From Bdellovibrionales bacterium (GTDB lineage Bacteria; Bdellovibrionota; Bdellovibrionia; Bdellovibrionales; UBA1609): a DNA stretch of 64,000 nucleotides. The position numbers and the translations under genes are program-made. The notes under the pieces are model-generated. The model did not search any database, was not told the origin of the DNA, and saw only the letters and a list, made by a program, of their open reading frames with translations. This document shows, piece after piece, positions 53,325 to 63,102 of this stretch. The stretch covers positions 322,144 to 386,143 of the forward strand of contig OZ241967.1 of assembly GCA_965204055.1 (NCBI GenBank), written 5' to 3'. Position 1 is the first letter of the stretch, and the number at the start of each line of letters is the position of its first letter.

Positions 53325-54059
53325 TTAAAGGTGATTGTCCAGACCTAATTGCACTATTAAGCCCGATCGGAATTGTTGTTTTAAACGGGCCTTAGCCCCC
53401 CATTGGAAATAAAGCCTGTGATGGCCTGCTTTAGGCCCAATAATATGCGTGAATAAAAGCCGGGCTTCTAATGCCCATTTTTCCATTTTAAAAGAGAAAT
53501 TAAGAGGAACAGAAACCCCCGCCAAAAACTCAACATGAAAAAGACGCAAGTCATGGCTGGTGGGGTATCGGATTCCCGCCAAGGTGTGTATTCTACTATT
53601 ATAGTTTTGTTTAAAGAGAGATTCATAATGAAAAGAAAAAATAATGGGAATTTTAGTGCTTCCCCATTTTTCTCTTCGGTAATTGAGGTAAGCAGTAAAA
53701 GGGTAGGCTGTGGTCTCAAAAGGGTAAAAAGACTCAATCAGGGTAAGTCCTATTCCAAAATCTAAAAAATGATGGAGGGGCCTTTCACGCTCTATAAAAT
53801 ACTTTTGTGCTTTTTTGTAGTAATTAGTTTTAGCCACCACAGTCGTGCTTTTTTCTTGGTCAGTAGCAGAAAAGTTTTTGAAATAACTTGCTTGGCTTGT
53901 TTGAGAGAGCGAGGGAGGAGGGGCAAAACCACTTTGAAAGGTATTAGCTTGCGTCCTCATCAGTGGACGACCAGCAACAGTAGCATGAAAAGTCAGGAAC
54001 AAAAAGGGCAAGAAGAGTAAATATTTTAATAAAATCATTATGGGACTAATATTTACCAT
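53325..54059 (-). CDS. Hypothetical exported (outer-membrane-like) protein
   Basis: Signal peptide ILLKYLLFLPFLFLTFHATVA. Beta-rich alternating pattern. Confidence 0.55.
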   Translation of the reverse strand: MVNISPIMILLKYLLFLPFLFLTFHATVAGRPLMRTQANTFQSGFAPPPSLSQTSQASYFKNFSATDQEKSTTVVAKTNYYKKAQKYFIERERPLHHFLDFGIGLTLIESFYPFETTAYPFTAYLNYRREKWGSTKIPIIFSFHYESLFKQNYNSRIHTLAGIRYPTSHDLRLFHVEFLAGVSVPLNFSFKMEKWALEARLLFTHIIGPKAGHHRLYFQWGAKARLKQQFRSGLIVQLGLDNHL

Positions 54060-54098
54060 ATTTTATATGCCTCGGTAAAGACTCAAAAGACTTTAGGA

Positions 54099-55454
54099 CT
54101 ACTGGGGTTTAGAAAACAAAACCCCTTGCCCTTTTGGAGGGCCTATTAGCTCATCTTCCCGCATAGCCCACTTTCCATTTAGCAGAACCGCCACAGGCCA
54201 TCCCGTTGTTTCCTGATTTTCAAAAGGAGACCAACTACATTTAGAGGCCAACCACTTTTGGGTGATTTTTCGTGTTTTCTTTAAATCTACCAAGGTAAGG
54301 TTGGCTTTAAAGCCTTCCCGAATCAGGCCCTGGTTTTTTATGCCGTAGTAACGATAGGGGTGTACGGCTATTAGTTCTGTAAGCCTTTTTAAGCTGAGCT
54401 GTTTTGCATGAACATGGTTCAGCATTAAGGTCAGCATGGTTTGCGTGCCAGGCATGCCCGCAGGAGAATGAGGATAAGTTTTTTGCTTTTCCTGGAGGGT
54501 GTGGGGTGCGTGGTCCGAACCTAACATAGTCACTACACCGGACTTAACCCCTTGCCAAAGGGCTTGGCGATGTCTTTCTTCCCGGATGGGGGGGTTCATT
54601 TGCGCCAAAGTGCCTAAGCGATCATAACACTCCGGGGCTTTAAGGGTAAGGTGTTGAGGGGTAACTTCTACAGTAGCGTGTGCTTTTTGTTGAGAAAGAA
54701 ACTGTATTTCCTCTTCTGTAGTGACATGCAAGATATGCACCTGTCGCTGGTGTGTCCTGGCCAGCTCTACAATTTTTTTTGTGGAGATAAGGGCCGACTC
54801 CGGATCTCTCCATTCCGGGTGCAGATGGACTTTTCCTGGTTCTGATAGCACGATTTTTTTTCTCTCTCTTAAGCGATTTTCGTCTTCACTGTGGATAGCT
54901 ATTTTTTGGGGCACAGTTTTAAGGACTAAGTTTAATTTATCTGGTTCATGCAGTAAGAGAGAGCCTGTAGAGCTTCCCATAAAGATTTTAACCCCAGGGC
55001 AATGTTGTTCTTGAGCAAGGGAGGGAAGGTTCTGAATATTCTCTGGGGAGGCACCAATAAAAAAAGCAAAATCACACCAAGAGACCTCTTGTGCTTTTTT
55101 TAATTTATAGTGTAAAGCCTCTTTGGTGACAGTGGGGGGGTGTGTGTTGGGCATTTCAAAAAAAGTGGTCAAGCCACCTAAGAGGGCCGATCGACTTCCT
55201 GACTCTATATCTTCTTTATGCTCCATACCCGGTTCACGAAAGTGCACTTGAGTATCAATAAGACCTGGCAAAATATGTAATCCATCTGCTTTAAAAATTT
55301 GTTTCGCATTTTGTGTTTTTAAAGAACCAATTTTTAGGATGTGCCCTTTGGCGATACCTATGTCTTGAGACTCCTCCACCAGTGTGTAAGGATCGCTTGG
55401 GTGAGAAAGCAACGCGCTTCCCCCTTTTATAATAAGATCAAAATATGTGTTCAT
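54099..55454 (-). CDS. pyrC: Dihydroorotase (long, multifunctional-complex type)
   Basis: GLIDTQVHFREPG, VKIFMGSSTG, IAIHSEDE, HILHVTT, GSDHAPH. Confidence 0.88.
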   Translation of the reverse strand: MNTYFDLIIKGGSALLSHPSDPYTLVEESQDIGIAKGHILKIGSLKTQNAKQIFKADGLHILPGLIDTQVHFREPGMEHKEDIESGSRSALLGGLTTFFEMPNTHPPTVTKEALHYKLKKAQEVSWCDFAFFIGASPENIQNLPSLAQEQHCPGVKIFMGSSTGSLLLHEPDKLNLVLKTVPQKIAIHSEDENRLRERKKIVLSEPGKVHLHPEWRDPESALISTKKIVELARTHQRQVHILHVTTEEEIQFLSQQKAHATVEVTPQHLTLKAPECYDRLGTLAQMNPPIREERHRQALWQGVKSGVVTMLGSDHAPHTLQEKQKTYPHSPAGMPGTQTMLTLMLNHVHAKQLSLKRLTELIAVHPYRYYGIKNQGLIREGFKANLTLVDLKKTRKITQKWLASKCSWSPFENQETTGWPVAVLLNGKWAMREDELIGPPKGQGVLFSKPQ

Positions 55455-55717
55455 TTGGTTGAGAAAGATAGTAACTGATTCAACTTAATTGTAATTTCTT
55501 TTACTTCTGTTTGAATTTCTTTTACTTCTGCTTTCATTTCTTTTACTTCTGCTTCAATACGTACTTGATTGTCTTTTAGTGGTTCAATTTTTGCGCTTAA
55601 CATGGCATTAACTCCCTTTAAAAGGAAGGCTTGAAAAGCTAATAAAAAAACACCGCCTGTCAATAAAACAGCTATTAAACTAAACAATATTGGTAATAAA
55701 CTTAAAATGGTTTCCAT
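55451..55717 (-). CDS. Small membrane coiled-coil protein with EVKE heptad repeats
   Basis: GGAGGTG RBS, then METILSLLPILFSLIAVLLTGGVFLLAF. Tail EAEVKEMKAEVKEIQTEVKEITIK (3 x 21 bp at 55493-55555). Overlaps the pyrC start by 4 nt. Confidence 0.65.
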   Translation of the reverse strand: METILSLLPILFSLIAVLLTGGVFLLAFQAFLLKGVNAMLSAKIEPLKDNQVRIEAEVKEMKAEVKEIQTEVKEITIKLNQLLSFSTK

Positions 55718-55876
55718 AAAACACCTCCAGCATTTATCACAATATATCATACTCTCTAAAGAGTCAAGTGTTATTGAACTTTAATTGTTCTTTGCTTGTT
55801 ATTGGGAAAAATTAGGTTAAGTTATTGATATTACTTGTTTTAAAGGGGTGTCAAGTGAAAAACAACGGTGCTAAAT

Positions 55877-56021
55877 AGTAGAGCGTGAAAAAATCTGTTG
55901 CAATAAAGTAAACAGGATTTATTTTATCCTAAAACAGGCGAGATTCCCGCTCAAGGCGGGACTGTAAAGCCAAGTACTTGGCTTTACAGTTGGAGATGAA
56001 CAGGGTTTATCACGGGCGACT
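55877..56021. mobile_element. MITE-like element (core type A)
   Basis: Ends AGTAGAGCGTGAAAAAA ... GGTTTATCACGGGCGACT. Perfect 4-bp flanks AAAT/AAAT. Palindrome CTGTAAAGCCAAGTACTTGGCTTTACAG. Confidence 0.8.
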
Positions 56022-56067
56022 AAATATTAAAAAAATGCAAAAGTCAGGTGTTCAAAATCTTGCACTT

Positions 56068-56997
56068 TTAAAAAAAACCTCTCTCTAATGCCTTTTTTTC
56101 ATTAATATTTTGTAAGGCTATCATATTGCGAATGTGTGTTACGATCTTCATAATTACCTCGGAATTTATAGGGTGTGCTTTTATTTGCTCTATATAAGTG
56201 TTCCTATATTTTTTTCTCCCTAATGTGGTGTTAAAGTGTTCTCGTATATTAGCCGATATTCTTTTTGCTTTTCTTAAAATTAAAACTAAATCGATATCTG
56301 TAACAGAAGTGTCAATGGGTGGCATATCTAGCCATTCACAAACTAAAAAGTATTTAGATCCTATTACCATCTTTTTTAAATCTGTAGCTGTAGAGAGTGC
56401 TTCCTGAAACATTGTTTTGTCAAGATTAGTTTTGCATTCCGTCGCAATAAAGCTCAAATGTGTTTTAATCTCAGATGAATCGGAGTAGTCAGAATTGTGT
56501 GACACTTTTAAAAATAATTTTTTAGATATTGAAAAATCTTGATCTTTTTCTTTGGCATATAAACTCGCCCCAGTATAAATACCAGAGATATTTGATTTAA
56601 ACTGTAAATTGGAAAGAGATTTAATGGGGCCTATTATCACTTGTTTTTGATCAAAATTTCCAATAATGGACGGATGAACTAATCTTGGTAAAAATTCCTC
56701 TATTACACTGCTACCCAGTTTCATTTGACCTTTTTGGCGATATAGAAAATCATTTTTTGAATCATAAATAAGATCAACATCTATATTATTTTTATATTTA
56801 TTAAGAGCTTCAACGAGCAGATAAATTTTTTCATATACGGTGATTTTTTTTATATTGTAAATTGTTTCAATTTCAGATATCCATTTTTTATACAGTGTAC
56901 AAGCTTTTTTTAAACGTTGTACTTCAGTTGAGGGCACTTTTTTATTTTTTATTGTTGCTATTAATTTGTCTTTATGGGTAGTGGGGTATTTAATCAT
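56068..56997 (-). CDS. Putative type II restriction endonuclease
   Basis: 309-aa ORF 26 nt downstream of a DNA methyltransferase gene. Weak PD-(D/E)xK candidate (DQDF ... IATECKT). No other family motif recognised. Confidence 0.5.
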   Translation of the reverse strand: MIKYPTTHKDKLIATIKNKKVPSTEVQRLKKACTLYKKWISEIETIYNIKKITVYEKIYLLVEALNKYKNNIDVDLIYDSKNDFLYRQKGQMKLGSSVIEEFLPRLVHPSIIGNFDQKQVIIGPIKSLSNLQFKSNISGIYTGASLYAKEKDQDFSISKKLFLKVSHNSDYSDSSEIKTHLSFIATECKTNLDKTMFQEALSTATDLKKMVIGSKYFLVCEWLDMPPIDTSVTDIDLVLILRKAKRISANIREHFNTTLGRKKYRNTYIEQIKAHPINSEVIMKIVTHIRNMIALQNINEKKALERGFF

Positions 56998-57023
56998 TGT
57001 TTATCCTTTTTATAGCATAAAAA

Positions 57024-58271
57024 TTATAGTATAAAAAACGGTTCTTGTAAAAATTCTTTTGGCCTCTGATATATAGGGGAACAGTTTATTAGATCGATTG
57101 ATTTAATGGCATCAGATAGAAATTTTTGTTCTTCTTTAGGCACACGATTGTTTGCTTCTATTAATGTGTAATAAGCAATTTGTCTGGGATCAATATTGTA
57201 TTTTAAAGACGTAGTTGGATTCTCAATTATTAATATATCTTCTTTTATTGATTTACCATAGCGATTTTTAAAACATCTTTCGTGTCGACATTTAATATTA
57301 AAGCTGAATACCTGTTTAGCAATGTTGGAGATAATTTCGCTATTAAAAAAAATGGTTTTTTTTATAGTGGATTCACGGCCAACTATAAAAATTAATTTAG
57401 CTTTAGGCTTGCAAACTCTACCTAATTCATACATTACCATTGCCATGTCTAAACAGTATTGTATGACTGTAAGATATCTGTTATTTCTGTGTTTTCGGTT
57501 TGATCCTATTTCAGATTTTGCAATTGATAAAATATTCCATCCCATTGCTTCTATAGAAGCTCTTTTTTGTTGATGATAATTAAATACATTAATGTATGGT
57601 GGAGATGTGATTACTAGATCAATAGAATTTTTTTCAAGTGGTATTTTCCGACAATCACTATTGAATATTCTGATCTCAGTTTTAGTATAAGGTAGATTAA
57701 TAATCAAAAGTTTTAATTTATGCCAAATATGTCGAGCTTTTTTTGTAGTTAATTGGTTTTCTTTAGGATCAATTAGAACCAGATAAGTTTCCAGGACTAA
57801 TAAGGCTTCTGGGGTCTTTATATCATCAATCACTTTTTTCAGTTTAGAAAACAGATCAAACGAGTTTGTGTCAGAAGTATGGAATGATTTATTAAATAAA
57901 GGCATGTCTTCAAAGATAATTAAGTTAATTTTGTTTTCAATATTCATAATGTATTTTTTTCTGTTTTCTACGGTAATACGAGTGAGAAGATAAATTTGAG
58001 CTATTTTTATAGCCGCAGGGTTTAGTTCAATACCTATTGCATTTAACTTCATTAGAACAGCTTCATATAAAACTGTGCCACTTCCCATAAAAGGATCTAA
58101 TATTCTATCAGTTTTATAAGAGTAAGTTTCTAATAAAAACTGTATTAGTTGGGGTGAAAACTGGCCTTTCCAAGGTAAGAAGTTAGTTCTTTCCTTGTTT
58201 ACTATATCCAGTTTTTCTTGAGAAATAGTTATATTATCACAGTTTATTGTTTTTAGTTTAATTGTTTCCAT
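57024..58271 (-). CDS. DNA amino-methyltransferase (N4-C or N6-A), motif order I then IV
   Basis: AdoMet motif ILDPFMGSGTVLYEA and catalytic LVITSPPYINVFNY. Confidence 0.75.
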   Translation of the reverse strand: METIKLKTINCDNITISQEKLDIVNKERTNFLPWKGQFSPQLIQFLLETYSYKTDRILDPFMGSGTVLYEAVLMKLNAIGIELNPAAIKIAQIYLLTRITVENRKKYIMNIENKINLIIFEDMPLFNKSFHTSDTNSFDLFSKLKKVIDDIKTPEALLVLETYLVLIDPKENQLTTKKARHIWHKLKLLIINLPYTKTEIRIFNSDCRKIPLEKNSIDLVITSPPYINVFNYHQQKRASIEAMGWNILSIAKSEIGSNRKHRNNRYLTVIQYCLDMAMVMYELGRVCKPKAKLIFIVGRESTIKKTIFFNSEIISNIAKQVFSFNIKCRHERCFKNRYGKSIKEDILIIENPTTSLKYNIDPRQIAYYTLIEANNRVPKEEQKFLSDAIKSIDLINCSPIYQRPKEFLQEPFFIL

Positions 58272-58395
58272 AAGTGCTCTTTTTTGATATTCATCTTCAG
58301 GACTGACTGTATTTAAAGATAAACTGTTTTAAAGGGGTGTCAAGTGAAAAACAACGGTGCTAAATATTAAAAAATAAGGCTGTTTATTGATATTT

Positions 58396-60005
58396 AGTCG
58401 GTCGTGAAAAAGCAGTTAACGCATTGTTATCACTTGATTTTTTTATAAAATGTTTGGAAAATAATTGCACTAAAAGTCCTAAGTATAGGACTTTTAGTTT
58501 TCCATAAACCTCTTATTTTCTTGCAAAATTAAGGAAAGGAAAAAGCACCATGATCCCAAGGAATAATCCTCACAGCGGGCAATATAATCTGTTTAAAAAA
58601 AGAACAGACGAGGTAGCCCATAAAGATCACCCTCTGGTCATTTTATCAAGAGCCTTTAATTGGGATATGTTTGATAAGTCTTTTGGGGAGAAGTTTCACC
58701 CTGATAACGGACGTCCCGGTCTTGCTACCCGTTTAATGGTTAGGTCTTCATTACATCAAGTATGCCTATAATTTAAGCGATGAGGTTTTAATAGAGAGAT
58801 TTAAAGAAAATCCCCAGTGGCAGTATTTTTGTGGTTTAGAGTATTACACAAACAAAGCTCCTTGTGATCGGAGTTCTTTAACCCGTTGGAGGCAGAGGAT
58901 GGGAGAGGATAAGCTTAAGCTGTTATTGCAAGAGACGATAGAAGTAGCTAAAAGAGGGGGTTTGTTGAAGAGGGGGGAGCTCAAGACCGTTGTAGTAGAT
59001 ACAACCATTATGGAGAAAGCCATAGCTTTTCCAACAGACAGCCGTCTTTACTTTAAGTCTTTGCAGTCTTTGGTTCGTTTTTGTAAGAAGTCAGGGATTA
59101 AGCTAAGACAGACTTACAAGAGGAAGTCAAAAAAGAGTTTATTTAAGCAGGCCCGATTAGCCCACTTGAGACGATTTCGTCAGGCCCAAAGGGAACAAAG
59201 GAGGTTAAAAACTTACTTAGGTCGTGTGATGAGAGATATTCAAAGGAAGTGTCCCTCTTGGAAGGATAATGTTCGTTTGCGCAAGCTATTGGAGATAAGC
59301 CAAGCGGTGTTTGAGCAAAAAAGAAGTGATCAGGATAAAGTGTATAGTGTTCATGCTCCAGAGGTGAAGTGTTATTCTAAGGGAAAAGCCCATAAGCGGT
59401 ATGAGTTTGGCAGTAAAGTGAGTGTGGTTGTTTCTGCAAAGACTTGCTGGGTATTGGGAGTTAAGTCCTTTACAGAGAGTGTGCACGATGTATTAACATT
59501 AAAGCCTGCGCTATCTGATGTGCAAAGTTTAACGGGAGTTTGTTTAAAGCGAGTGTTTGTAGATAAAGGCTATAGAGGGAAGAAGCATCATCCTGAAGGA
59601 TTGGAGGTTAATGTAAGCGGTCAGAGACCATCACCCAGTCGTTATCATCGCCGTTTGGCACGTCGAAGGAACAGTGTAGAGGCAGTGATAGGTCATTTGA
59701 AGGGGGATTGTCGTATGGAGAGGAATTTTTTACATGGTGAGCTGGGTGATGGAGTGAATGCTCTACTTTCTGGAAGTGGATACAATATAAGGAGATTGAT
59801 AAGAGAAGTAAATGGGTTGCCTTCTTTTTTTGTTCTTTTTATCAAGAGGTTTTTTACTATGTTATTTTGTTTGTCGGCAAAGCCTTAAGCGGTGAGGGTC
59901 CAAGCGTCCAACGAGAAGCCCTATCCGTAGGGCTTCTCGCCCGAACAAGCTTAAGGTTTTGCAGACCACAGCTTAAACTTAAAAGAGGGTTTATCACGTG
60001 CGACT
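58396..60005 (+). mobile_element. IS5-family insertion sequence (1610 bp) with 4-bp ATTT target-site duplication
   Basis: IRL AGTCGGTCGTGAAAAAGC; IRR (complement) AGTCGCACGTGATAAACC. ATTT at 58392-58395 and 60006-60009. Encodes a DUF772 + DDE transposase. Confidence 0.85.
58550..59888 (+). pseudogene. IS5-family transposase, interrupted by a +1 frameshift near 58742
   Basis: ORF1 ...GRPGLATRLMV and, one base later, GLHYIKYAYNLSDEVLIERFKENPQWQYFCG... (DUF772 motif), continuing into the track ORF 58899-59888 (VDKGYRG, RRRNSVEAVIGHLK). Confidence 0.75.
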
Positions 60006-60065
60006 ATTTAGTAATAAGCTGATCCCTTACGGTTTGCGGAGCATATTGACGATCAAGGTCTAAGT

Positions 60066-61502
60066 TTATTGATATTCAGTAATTAGCTGATCCCTTACGG
60101 CTTGTGCATAAGCTAAAGCTTGGTGGTATTGGGCATTAATCCTGGTTTTTTCCATTTTTGAAACCAAAGAAAGCTCTTTTGCGGAAATAAGTTCAAATAC
60201 ACTCAGCCGGCCTTGCAAAAAAGCTTTTCGTATTTCTTTGTAAGAGCGTGCCCTAAGCTTATGTATTTTTTCGGAACTGCTAAGGGCAGAATGCAAAGCC
60301 AATAGGTTTTTTTGTGTTCTGTTGATAAGCCGGTTAAATTCTTTTTCTGTAATTTTTGTTTGTAACTCAGAGGCAAAAACTGCTTGCTCATTAATGTCAA
60401 TGCGCTGACTCCTAACTCGTGAAGAGGGCAGAGGGTAGCTGAACTTTATTCCAAAAGAATGATTTTGGTTTTTTCTTTCGGTCAGCCCCTCAAAAGCAGA
60501 TGAAAAGTTTGTGTCGTATCCGCCTATCTCATAAGAACCAAATAATTTGAGTGTGGGCCAAGTATTGGATTTTTGAATTTCAAGCTTTTGCTTTTGAATA
60601 AAAAGGTTTTTTTGCATTAGTAAAACTTTTCTGGGTGTTTGTTTCAAACTGCTACTTAAAACAGGAAGGGAAGGGAGTTTGTTTTGCAGGACAAAATGAA
60701 CAGGGATATTTTCTTCCTGAATATTTAAGAGATTAAGTAATTTTTTAAGTTGTTCGGCATAATCTGTTTTTTGCAAAATCAGCTCTTGTTTTGTTTTTTC
60801 CTGTTCCGCCAGTATTTGACCAAGTTCTCCTGGTCTCACATATCCGTATTGGCTTTTTTCCTTTGTGATACGAGCCAGTTCGTTATAGTCTTTTTTTTTT
60901 GCGATTTTTAACTCAAGTGAAAGATAACTAATATAAGTGGTCCAAAATTGTTGAATAGCCTGAAGGATTAAGTCTTCTGTTTTTTCCAACAGTTTTAAGT
61001 TTTGTGATATTGCTTGTGCATTTGCTATGTTGAGTCTCATTCTATCTGCATAACCAAAAATATTTCTTAAGATGTCTTGTTCCACTTCCAATCCTAATTT
61101 TTGCCGGAAAGTGGTGTCTGGAGAGGTGCTTATTTTTTTAAACTCCGGGTTAAAGTCTTTTTCAAATTGAAAGTGGGAATATTGTATTTTTATGTAAGTA
61201 CCAGTGAGAAACTTTTTTTCCACACCGGAGAAAATAGTCCAGCTTTTTTGAAAAGGGTTTTCAAAAAAATTTAAAGTGTTTTGCTCCTCTGAATTAAAAC
61301 GAGCTTGTGCAAACAAGTGCCAATCTAAAAAAGCCTCTGACTCTATAAGATTTTGCTCACTGGCTTTTTGTTCAGTTTTGATTTTTTGATACTCTAAAGA
61401 ATTTTGTAGGACCGCCTTCACCACTGAATTTTGAGAGAGACTGAGAGAGTAAGAAAAAAGGGGAGTAGCACTAAAAAAAAGAGAAATAACGGACTTTTTC
61501 AT
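60066..61502 (-). CDS. TolC-family outer-membrane efflux protein
   Basis: Signal peptide. 478 aa with a two-repeat helical/beta layout. The N-terminal LSLSQNSVVKAVLQNSLEYQ pattern is typical of OEP family members. Confidence 0.65.
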   Translation of the reverse strand: MKKSVISLFFSATPLFSYSLSLSQNSVVKAVLQNSLEYQKIKTEQKASEQNLIESEAFLDWHLFAQARFNSEEQNTLNFFENPFQKSWTIFSGVEKKFLTGTYIKIQYSHFQFEKDFNPEFKKISTSPDTTFRQKLGLEVEQDILRNIFGYADRMRLNIANAQAISQNLKLLEKTEDLILQAIQQFWTTYISYLSLELKIAKKKDYNELARITKEKSQYGYVRPGELGQILAEQEKTKQELILQKTDYAEQLKKLLNLLNIQEENIPVHFVLQNKLPSLPVLSSSLKQTPRKVLLMQKNLFIQKQKLEIQKSNTWPTLKLFGSYEIGGYDTNFSSAFEGLTERKNQNHSFGIKFSYPLPSSRVRSQRIDINEQAVFASELQTKITEKEFNRLINRTQKNLLALHSALSSSEKIHKLRARSYKEIRKAFLQGRLSVFELISAKELSLVSKMEKTRINAQYHQALAYAQAVRDQLITEYQ

Positions 61503-61573
61503 AAGTAACTATTTTAGTCCAGGGTATAAAAAAATTCAAGTTTCAGATGGGCAAAGCCGACAATATACTTAAT

Positions 61574-61750
61574 AGCCTGTGAAAAAGCTCTTGCCCATAC
61601 TCAATGTTCGGTCTCAAACAGGTGTTTTGCCAAGCCCGCGTCTTGCAGACGCGACATGCTCAAGGGTTTAACTTGCTTCGCGGTAAATATGGGCAAAAGC
61701 ACTTTACTTGTTGAGCATATAGATCAGGAATGACGGTTTTTCGCGAGAAT
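61574..61750. mobile_element. MITE-like element (GC-rich core type C)
   Basis: Ends AGCCTGTGAAAAAGC ... GGTTTTTCGCGAGAAT. The core ...CCCGCGTCTTGCAGACGCGAC... is the inverse of the 23018-23182 core. Confidence 0.6.
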
Positions 61751-61770
61751 AATAAACCAAAGGAGAAATA

Positions 61771-62895
61771 GTGAGTCAGGATAATCAGGGTAGTGTTTTT
61801 GAGTCTGCCATTAAAAACTTTTTATCCCCTATATGGGGTCTTCTTAAGGATGAAAGTGTGACAGAGGTAATGATTAACCGGCACGATGAAATCTGGGTTG
61901 AAAAAGCTGGAAAGGTGCATAAATCAGACGCTCATTTTCCTGATGAGGATTCTGTGCGTGCGGCGGCTAATAATATAGCTCAAAGTGTAGGCCGGAGAAT
62001 TGATGACAAAAATCCCCGTTTAGATGCTCGTCTCCCTAATGGTTATCGTATTCATGCTGTTATTCCCCCTTGTGCCAGAAAGGGAACCACTATAGCTATT
62101 CGTAAATTTTCCACCACGCAGTTTACTTTTGAGGATTATATTCGTTTTGGCACAATGACCCTGGATGTGGCTCGTTTTTTAGATATTTGTATGAAGCTTG
62201 GGAAAAATGTTTTGGTTAGTGGAGGCACGGGTTCTGGAAAAACTACTTTGCTTTCCGTTTTGTGCAACCGGATCCCTAAAGGGCAAAGAATTATCGTGAT
62301 AGAGGATTCCAGTGAATTGCAAATAGAATACGAGCATGTTGTGTTTTTTGAAACCCGCATGGCCAATGAAATAGGAGAAGGGGAAGTGAATATTCAAGAT
62401 CTGTTAAAAAGCTCTCTTCGTTTAAGACCGGACAGGATTATTGTGGGGGAAGTGCGAGGTGGTGAGGCTTTAGAATTAGTGCAGGCTATGAACACTGGGC
62501 ACAAAGGATGTCTGGGAACTGTGCATGCTAATTCCCCGCATGATGCCATTGTTCGGCTGGAGGCTTTGGCTCAGGGGGCGGACTCGCAACTGAGTGAAAA
62601 AGCTTTGCAACACCAAATCAGCTCTGCCATAGATGTTATTGTGCAGATCTCTCGATACCCAGATGGTTCCCGCCGTATTGGATCTGTTGCGGAGGTTTTA
62701 GGGGTGAATGACAAAGGAGTGTATCAGGTAAGAGCTATGTACTCTTTAGATCGTTTGGTAAAACAAGCTGATGGCCGTTATGCTGGTGTTATTCAACCTA
62801 CGGGGGAAGAACCCAGCTTTATGAAAGAAATAATAGATCATCAGTTTAATTTTCCAAGAGAAAAATTTAAAAAACAGCTTCGCAAAGCCAGCTAA
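61771..62895 (+). CDS. CpaF/TadA-VirB11-type secretion ATPase
   Basis: Walker A SGGTGSGKTT, Walker B IIVIEDSSEL, RPDRIIVGEVRGGEA, TGHKGCLGTVHANS. Confidence 0.8.
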   Translation: MSQDNQGSVFESAIKNFLSPIWGLLKDESVTEVMINRHDEIWVEKAGKVHKSDAHFPDEDSVRAAANNIAQSVGRRIDDKNPRLDARLPNGYRIHAVIPPCARKGTTIAIRKFSTTQFTFEDYIRFGTMTLDVARFLDICMKLGKNVLVSGGTGSGKTTLLSVLCNRIPKGQRIIVIEDSSELQIEYEHVVFFETRMANEIGEGEVNIQDLLKSSLRLRPDRIIVGEVRGGEALELVQAMNTGHKGCLGTVHANSPHDAIVRLEALAQGADSQLSEKALQHQISSAIDVIVQISRYPDGSRRIGSVAEVLGVNDKGVYQVRAMYSLDRLVKQADGRYAGVIQPTGEEPSFMKEIIDHQFNFPREKFKKQLRKAS

Positions 62896-62899
62896 ACTA

Positions 62900-63067
62900 T
62901 GGAATATTGATAAATCTATTCAGGTGTTAGCCTCTACAAGTACAGACAAGAAAAACCTGTGTTTTGATGAGCGAGTGCGGTATATTCTGGAAAATACAAA
63001 AAAAGCAGGCGTTATAGCACTAACTTTTACCAATAAAGTGATAGAAGAGATGAGAAAAAGACTCTGA
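62900..63067 (+). pseudogene. UvrD/Rep-type helicase N-terminal scrap
   Basis: ...VLASTSTDKKNLCFDERVRYILENTKKAGVIALTFTNKVIEEMRKRL*. Motif Ia (ALTFTNK...EM..R) is intact and Walker A is degenerate (ASTSTDKK for GAGSGKT). 55 codons only. Confidence 0.5.
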
Positions 63068-63102
63068 TTCAGTGTGTCCGTGGTACTCTTTACTTTTGAG
63101 AG

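Noticed and set aside
55877-60005. MITE (55877-56021) + IS5 (58396-60005) acting as a composite transposon that carries the R-M cassette
   Set aside because: Each element has its own matching target duplication (AAAT/AAAT and ATTT/ATTT), so they inserted independently. A composite transposon would show one duplication at the outer ends only. The ~55-bp direct repeats, not the mobile elements, delimit the cassette.
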